Origin: Aulosira sp. ZfuVER01
Lineage (GTDB): Bacteria > Cyanobacteriota > Cyanobacteriia > Cyanobacteriales > Nostocaceae
Direction of reading: 5' to 3'
Assembly: GCA_034530615.2 (NCBI GenBank)
Contig: JAVRCV020000059.1
Span: 92,813-156,812, forward strand
Length of the DNA stretch: 64,000 bases
Part shown: in pieces, positions 58,241 to 64,000 of the stretch
Layout: every line of letters begins with the position of its first letter
Numbering within the stretch: position 1 is the stretch's first letter
The notes under the pieces: generated by a model
The model's input: the letters and a program-made list of their open reading frames with translations, nothing else
Told to the model about the DNA's origin: nothing
Databases searched by the model: none
Translations under genes and position numbers: made by a program

Positions 58241-60181
58241 TTACAAACTCTCATTGTCATTTTTTTGGGGAACTAAGTTATCTTTATGACTTGGTTTTTC
58301 CTGATGTTGTAGATGCTCTTTACCATATTTCTCTATTTGCGATAGTCCTTGTTTAGCTATATTTTCGGCAGCTTGTTTAAATAACGGTTCTAATTTATCT
58401 TGCCAATATTTAATATTGGGCAATTTTTCGGGATGTTTTTGATAATCTAAAACTTTATCCCATTGCCCTTGTGCTACTGCCGTATTTATATCATTAAATA
58501 AAGCATCTGCTTTAGACCAATCTTGTTGCCACTGAGCAATCATCGCCGCCGTTTCTTTAAAACTAGAAGAAGCAGTTTTCGGTACAGATTTTAGCAGTGC
58601 GATCGCTCCTAACAAATCTCCTGACTCATACTTTTTCTTTGCTTCTTCCACAACCCGATCGCTATTATCCACGGATGGCAATTTCTCTAATTTTTCTGAG
58701 TCAGAAGTAAATGGTTCTGACCGGAATGATTCTGATTGATTGAGTGATGAAGTTGCTACTTTGTGGGATTTAGGTTTTGGTTTCGGCAGCGGTCGGTTAG
58801 CAATTAGAGTATTATCATTTACTGTCTTAATTGCAACCCCCTTATCTCGCAAGCAAGAAATCCATTGTTCATTATTGGCTATTACTTCTGAGTGTGCCCA
58901 AGCCAAATTTCCAGAGTTGAGTTTAACTTCTACCCAATTTTGTTTTGTGCGTTTACCAGTAACCTCAAACTTAGTGTTCTTGTTAACTGTTTGCACAATA
59001 CTGTCAGAATTTATCGCACTAGGTTCAGAACGAATATTAGAATTTCCTACAACAACAGCTAAACACTTGTCGCTAGAATTCGTATCATTACCTGTTAAAT
59101 TAGCAGCTAAATTCTTCACGCTGGGATAAACATTTGTCACCAAAGCAGCAGCACCGCCTGCCAACAAAAGACCTACTATTAAAGGTAATGGGTCTGGTTT
59201 GTTAGAGTCTTGCCGCAAAGGTTTAGTAGGTTTAGCAGCCACTTTATTAGCTGGTGCAACTGCAACAGTTTGCTGGCGAGATACTTGAGTGGGAGTTTTA
59301 TTTTGTTGGGCGCTATAATTTTGGCGAAATCCCTCTAGCCTAGAAGCTACGGCAACAGGAGTCATCAACTCTCTACAAGCTTGCAGTGCTTCTGTTGCAT
59401 TTTGGTAGCGGTCTTTAAAGTGATAACGTACCATTTTGCTCAAAACTGCTGCCAATTTAGGATTCACAGTCACTAAATGTTGCCAAAGCAGTTCACCTGT
59501 ATTCGGGTCTTCTTGCAATGCTGTTGCTGTGACTCCTGTTATAGCTTGAATAGCAATTATACCTAAAGAATACATATCGCTATTGGGACGGGGTTTGCCT
59601 TGCCCTTGTTCTGTCGGCATATAACCAGGAGTACCAATCACTACCGTAGCAGTAGGTTGTGCCGCAGATGCTACTAAGTGTGTACGTATTTGTTTAACTG
59701 CCCCAAAGTCTACTAAAACTAATTTATTGTCAGAAGCGCGACGAATAATGTTATCTGGCTTGATATCGCGGTGAATCACGCCTTGAGTGTGCACAAATTC
59801 TAAAATACTCAGGACTTCTTGCAACAGTTGAACAACTTGACTTTCACTCCAGCGTTTACCTGGTAAAAGTTCTTCACTCAAGGTATTTCCTTCAATAAAT
59901 TCTTGTACTAAATAGAATTCTTGATTTTCGTCAAAATAAGCCAAAAGCCGGGGAATTTGATCGTGGTTTCCCAAAAGTTCTAAAGTTTCTGCCTCACTGT
60001 TGAACAAGCGCTTGGCTGTGTCGAAAACTCTAGGATCGGAACTAGTGGGTTTGAGGTGCTTGACAACGCAGATGGGGTTCCCTGGCCGCCTAGTATCTTG
60101 GGCAATGTAGGTTTGCCCAAATCCTCCTATAGCCAAGACTCTAATTACTTGGTAACGATGGTCTAGTAGCTTGCCGATCAT
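58241..60181 (-). CDS. Membrane Ser/Thr protein kinase with extracytoplasmic SH3b-like domain
   Basis: GGFGQTY, VVK, HRDIKPDN, DFG, GTPGY; TM segment; 'NIRSEPS...NWVEV...AWAH'; GGGAGG RBS before ATG 60181. Confidence 0.9.
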   Translation of the reverse strand: MIGKLLDHRYQVIRVLAIGGFGQTYIAQDTRRPGNPICVVKHLKPTSSDPRVFDTAKRLFNSEAETLELLGNHDQIPRLLAYFDENQEFYLVQEFIEGNTLSEELLPGKRWSESQVVQLLQEVLSILEFVHTQGVIHRDIKPDNIIRRASDNKLVLVDFGAVKQIRTHLVASAAQPTATVVIGTPGYMPTEQGQGKPRPNSDMYSLGIIAIQAITGVTATALQEDPNTGELLWQHLVTVNPKLAAVLSKMVRYHFKDRYQNATEALQACRELMTPVAVASRLEGFRQNYSAQQNKTPTQVSRQQTVAVAPANKVAAKPTKPLRQDSNKPDPLPLIVGLLLAGGAAALVTNVYPSVKNLAANLTGNDTNSSDKCLAVVVGNSNIRSEPSAINSDSIVQTVNKNTKFEVTGKRTKQNWVEVKLNSGNLAWAHSEVIANNEQWISCLRDKGVAIKTVNDNTLIANRPLPKPKPKSHKVATSSLNQSESFRSEPFTSDSEKLEKLPSVDNSDRVVEEAKKKYESGDLLGAIALLKSVPKTASSSFKETAAMIAQWQQDWSKADALFNDINTAVAQGQWDKVLDYQKHPEKLPNIKYWQDKLEPLFKQAAENIAKQGLSQIEKYGKEHLQHQEKPSHKDNLVPQKNDNESL

Positions 60182-60346
60182 AATTCCCTCCCCAGTGTTA
60201 ACACCCAATTTTCCAGATGCTAATCAATATCTCCAAATTTTCCTCCATGAAATCCGCTATCTTGAAAAAAGATTTGACCTAAAAATGTAATTTTTTAAAA
60301 AACACAGATTGTGAATTTTTGTTTCCATACCCTTTTTTGATTAGCA

Positions 60347-60853
60347 ATGCCACCCAAAATAAACAACTCTGTCACTTGGCAGCAGGCTGAAATCCTGATG
60401 CAGCCTGCTTTCATCCGCGTGGTTGATAATATTCGTAAGCAACTAGATGTGTCTCCCTGGACAGGAACCTATCATGATGTATTGATTTGGCCTGCCAGCA
60501 CTAGCGATGAAACCAAAGCAACTGTGACTCAGCTGTTGCAAGAAATGGAAACTGCAACACCAGATCAAGCAGATGAAATCAGAAACACTCTTTCTCGTCT
60601 GCCAATGCCCCATCCAGGATATCATCTACGTTTGAAGCGTCAAGAGCAGGAAGTAACTATCGATTTGTGGGATCTGTGTTATCAAGTCTGTTTTCTTAAC
60701 TACAGCCCAGATGTCCTTAATGCTGAGTCCGCTGAGATTGACACTAGTTTAATTGATGAAACTGGAGAAGTTGATTGGCTGCAATTAGAAGCTAAAACCA
60801 AGGATCTGGTTGAAGAGGTGTTTGCTAGTTTACCTGAGTGGGGTACTCAGTAA
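60347..60853 (+). CDS. Conserved cyanobacterial hypothetical protein
   Basis: 'AEILMQPAFIRVVDNIRKQL...DLWDLCYQVCF...GEVDW'. Confidence 0.75.
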   Translation: MPPKINNSVTWQQAEILMQPAFIRVVDNIRKQLDVSPWTGTYHDVLIWPASTSDETKATVTQLLQEMETATPDQADEIRNTLSRLPMPHPGYHLRLKRQEQEVTIDLWDLCYQVCFLNYSPDVLNAESAEIDTSLIDETGEVDWLQLEAKTKDLVEEVFASLPEWGTQ

Positions 60854-60949
60854 AAATTTTGGTCAGTCCACCATAGTTTGGTAAAGATGTAGATAGACTG
60901 GTGAAGATACAATGGCATTCAGTATCTTGCTGACAACTTTTCTCGCCCT

Positions 60950-61870
60950 ATGCTACCAGTCATCTATTCCGATGAGTTTCTGGATCACAAAACTGGAAAC
61001 TATCACCCAGAAAGACCAGAACGTTTGACTGCGATCGTCAACGCTTTAAAGGAAGCTAAGTTTGCAGAAAAAATTGCTTGGCGATCGCCCACACAAGTAT
61101 CAGAAAACTCCTCACTCATGCCTGTGCTGGGAAAAGTCCATACTCCAGATTACATCAAAAAAGTCAAGGAAATCGCTTCTACAGGAGGCGGTTACTTGGA
61201 TGGAGATACTCCAGTTTCTCCACGTAGTTATGATGTAGCATTGTTGGCGGTGAGTGCTTGGTTGGATGGAGTTGATACAGTGTTAGCAACAGAAAATCCA
61301 GCTTTTGTGCTGGCCCGTCCCCCAGGACACCATGCAGAAAGTGATACTGGAATGGGCTTTTGTTTATTTTCTAATGCCGCGATCGCTGCTGTTTACGCAC
61401 TACAGCAACCTGGAATTAACCGTGTAGCTATTTTAGATTGGGATGTACATCATGGCAATGGTACTCAGGCGATCGTAGAGACTCAGCCACAAATTGCTTA
61501 CTGTTCTTTACATCAGTATCCCTGCTACCCAGGTACAGGTAAAGCCTCAGAACGTGGCTTGCATAATAATGTATTAAATGTGCCTGTACCACCTGGTAGC
61601 AATATAGAAGTATATCAGCCACTCTTTGAAAAGATAGTAGTACCTTTTATAGACAAGTTCCACGCAGATTTACTAATTATTAGTGCTGGTTATGATGGCA
61701 ATGCCGCAGATCCTTTAGCAAGTGTTAATTTACAACCAGCAGATTACGGTTTGTTCATAGATTATTGTCTGGGGCTAACGCGAAGAATTCTTTTTGGTTT
61801 AGAAGGTGGCTATGATTTACTCACACTTTCCCAATCAGTAGTGGCTACAATCGAACGCTGCTTAGTTTAA
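60950..61870 (+). CDS. Histone-deacetylase-family (Zn-dependent) deacetylase
   Basis: HPERPER, RPPGHHA, GFC, DWDVHHGNGTQ, SAGYD, LEGGY. Confidence 0.92.
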   Translation: MLPVIYSDEFLDHKTGNYHPERPERLTAIVNALKEAKFAEKIAWRSPTQVSENSSLMPVLGKVHTPDYIKKVKEIASTGGGYLDGDTPVSPRSYDVALLAVSAWLDGVDTVLATENPAFVLARPPGHHAESDTGMGFCLFSNAAIAAVYALQQPGINRVAILDWDVHHGNGTQAIVETQPQIAYCSLHQYPCYPGTGKASERGLHNNVLNVPVPPGSNIEVYQPLFEKIVVPFIDKFHADLLIISAGYDGNAADPLASVNLQPADYGLFIDYCLGLTRRILFGLEGGYDLLTLSQSVVATIERCLV

Positions 61871-62536
61871 AACTTCTTCTTTTGCCTTCTATACTAGTTA
61901 GACCTACAAAAGATCTAAAGTCTAGGAACTTAATACCAGTGTCTACAATCCAGTGCTTATACTCGTTAGAAACAAAGTGGTGGCGCTCAAGGCTTGTAAC
62001 AATAGTGTTGTAAAGTTTTATTTCAGCCTGACAACACAAATAAGACTTAAACAGGCGTCAAAGCCAAGCAACTGTCACCAGTTGCTCTAGAACATTTAAA
62101 AAGCTGTTGTTGGCAAGTTTATTCTCAATAATTTAGTATTATATACTATTAAGAGTAAAAATATACATTAAAAACAGCAAATTACTTAATATATTTTCCA
62201 ATAATATTGACTTTATGCTTAATTTATTTAGACAATACCTCGTAAGGTATAAACCAAATAAAATATTAAAAGTGTTTATTGCTACCCATATAATAGTAAG
62301 TAATTACATAAGTACTATCAATTTATTTTTGACATCTATTTATTTTCAGTATTGTATTAAACGAAATACTGAGAAAATTCATTGAATCTTCAAAAAGAAA
62401 AAGTTTAAGATGTGTTTTTAAACAGCTAAAGTTTTGTTAAGATGCAAGTGCTAGGAATTTCTCAACGAAATACACCAATCAGGGTGTGAAGAGATTAAAC
62501 AGCACTAGCAACACAGAGTTATCGAGGTGAAGTGTA

Positions 62537-62674
62537 ATGACCACCTACATTTTCTTCAATGATGCCCTCCAGATGCTTACCAATGCCTATTTGATCTCAG
62601 CAATAGTGCTAATAGCAGCTTCTGGTATAGGTTTAGCAGTAATAGAAACGATTGAAAAGACAGAACAACGCTAA
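62537..62674 (+). CDS. Small single-TM protein (45 aa), absent from the ORF track
   Basis: MTTYIFFNDALQMLTNAYLISAIVLIAASGIGLAVIETIEKTEQR*, with a GAGGTG RBS at 62524-62529. Confidence 0.6.
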   Translation: MTTYIFFNDALQMLTNAYLISAIVLIAASGIGLAVIETIEKTEQR

Positions 62675-62848
62675 GTTCCGACTTGGCGTTTTACTTTTCA
62701 CCGAAAACCTATTGAGTGTATGTGTTCGCTCCATATAAATCCTGGGAACACTAAATTATGAAAGTCTCACGGCGTTACAGACTCACGTGAAAGTTACGGA
62801 ACGTGGAGATTGTACCGCTATTGAGACCTCAATAAAGGAGCAACTACA

Positions 62849-63295
62849 ATGGGTTCGTTAGATACAGTATTGGGTACAGACAGTGAGACTCAAGTGACAC
62901 TAAGTCCAGCGGAAGCTTTTGCTGCTATCACTCTGGCTGTAACATCTATAGATGGTCATCTGTCAGATGAAGAAGCGCGTTGTCTTTCCTCTGTTTTATT
63001 GCGGTTGAAGCTTTTTAGAAATTATACCAACGAGCTGATGAACAGGTTATTTGAAAAAATCCTGAGCATCCTCCGGCGGGATGGTATGAATATTTTATTT
63101 AATGCAGCTAAAGAATGCTTAAATCAAGACTTACGGGAAGCGGCATTTGCAGTAGCTACAGATTTGTTGCTATCTGAAGGTATGCTTACAGACGAAGAAA
63201 CAAATTTTTTAAATGATTTGTATCAAGCTTTAGGGGTTTCCAGGGAAGTTGCAATACAGATAGTACAGGTAATTTTAATAAAAAACCGTGGATAG
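62849..63295 (+). CDS. Tellurite-resistance TerB-family protein
   Basis: LSPAEAFAAI...DG..S.EE...AFAVA.DL...G....EE..FL..L...L.V; AAGGAG RBS. Confidence 0.85.
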   Translation: MGSLDTVLGTDSETQVTLSPAEAFAAITLAVTSIDGHLSDEEARCLSSVLLRLKLFRNYTNELMNRLFEKILSILRRDGMNILFNAAKECLNQDLREAAFAVATDLLLSEGMLTDEETNFLNDLYQALGVSREVAIQIVQVILIKNRG

Positions 63296-63595
63296 GATAA
63301 GTGAAACCTTAATACCTTAATAATAGGACCGCTAATATTAATAACTAAGTGAATTTATATACGGAGAAAAAAACTTAGTTTATTTGTTATTTCCAAAAGT
63401 TTATAATATGAGATTATCTTTAGAGCTAATTTGTAAAGTAAAGTCTTGGCCTTGTAAGAGTTTCAGGAATCTGACCCTATAAGAGAGTTTATTCCCTGAA
63501 AGTCATACCCAGCAGTTAATTGAGTATCCTTAAAATTTTCTTTACGAATTAGATATTAGGTTTTAGTTTGTAGTTCTCACTTATAGGAGCTTTAA

Positions 63596-63780
63596 GAGGA
63601 TGTTTGAAAAGTTGGCAGTTGAGTAAAAAAAGCTCTCAGGGCATAAGCTGTAAATATGTACATACAGCATCATTGAGAGCATGAGTAAAGCATACTCCAG
63701 TAATCTGAACCAAGACCAGTGGGAATTATTAGAACCGTTAATTCCAGCAGCCAAAACAGGTGGTTGTTCTGCGCGATCGC
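63596..63780 (+). mobile_element. Left end of an IS5-family (IS1031-like) element with transposase N-terminal stub
   Basis: TAA|GAGGATGTTTGAAAAGT terminal repeat; ATG 63681 reads MSKAYSSNLNQDQWELLEPLIPAAKTGG, and similarity is lost at a HIP1 site. Confidence 0.8.
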
Positions 63781-64000
63781 CAAAATGGCTATTACTTAGA
63801 CATAGATACTGTTTTTAAGTCAACAACTGAAACCTTTAATGGGTAAACTTTTTAGAGCTATTAGTATATTTGTCCGATGAGATCCTAGCTATAAAAACTG
63901 AGATGCACCCAACAAATATGGCTCTCAATAGGGGCGGGTTGACAGAGAAGATATCGCACAAGCTGCCCCTAGGACACAGGGAAAAAGGGAAAGATTAGAT

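Larger units (their letters stand above)
1..64000. other. HIP1 octamer GCGATCGC highly over-represented throughout
   Basis: Dozens of occurrences in coding and non-coding DNA (e.g. 1399, 3131, 8153, 63773). Confidence 0.95.

Noticed and set aside
1..64000. rRNA, tRNA, known riboswitches, prophage, retron/DGR or anti-phage defence operons
   Set aside because: None recognised by eye. No reverse transcriptase, integrase or cas gene was seen; a covariance-model scan would be needed to exclude small RNAs.

Overview
Chromosomal window from a filamentous, probably heterocyst-forming cyanobacterium (Nostocales-like). Evidence for this: dense HIP1 GCGATCGC octamers, heptamer tandem repeats, small dispersed palindromic repeats, and the ndhF3/ndhD3/cupA genes. 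Housekeeping and stress genes include mntCAB with a ManR-type box, PPK2, cobO, a homospermidine-synthase-like gene, transketolase, a CDF transporter, LD-carboxypeptidase, SAM decarboxylase and an HDAC-family gene. The high-affinity CO2-uptake operon has two inserted genes: a Tat-exported beta-carbonic anhydrase and a CDP-alcohol phosphotransferase. Signalling genes include an ethylene-receptor-like kinase with a poly-T frameshift, a cyanobacteriochrome GGDEF/EAL protein, an FHA adenylate cyclase and a Ser/Thr kinase. There are several pseudogene or IS remnants, including an IscB stub. The best candidate for an undescribed system is the four-gene cell-surface locus at 42376-52498: DUF11 adaptor, giant outer-membrane barrel, beta-helix/OmpA protein and SdrD-repeat adhesin. 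The adhesin ends in a DUF11 domain lacking its last Asn-bearing hairpin, and the adaptor begins with exactly that hairpin. This suggests donor-strand, possibly isopeptide-bonded, anchoring. All family assignments come from motif recognition by eye; no searches were run.
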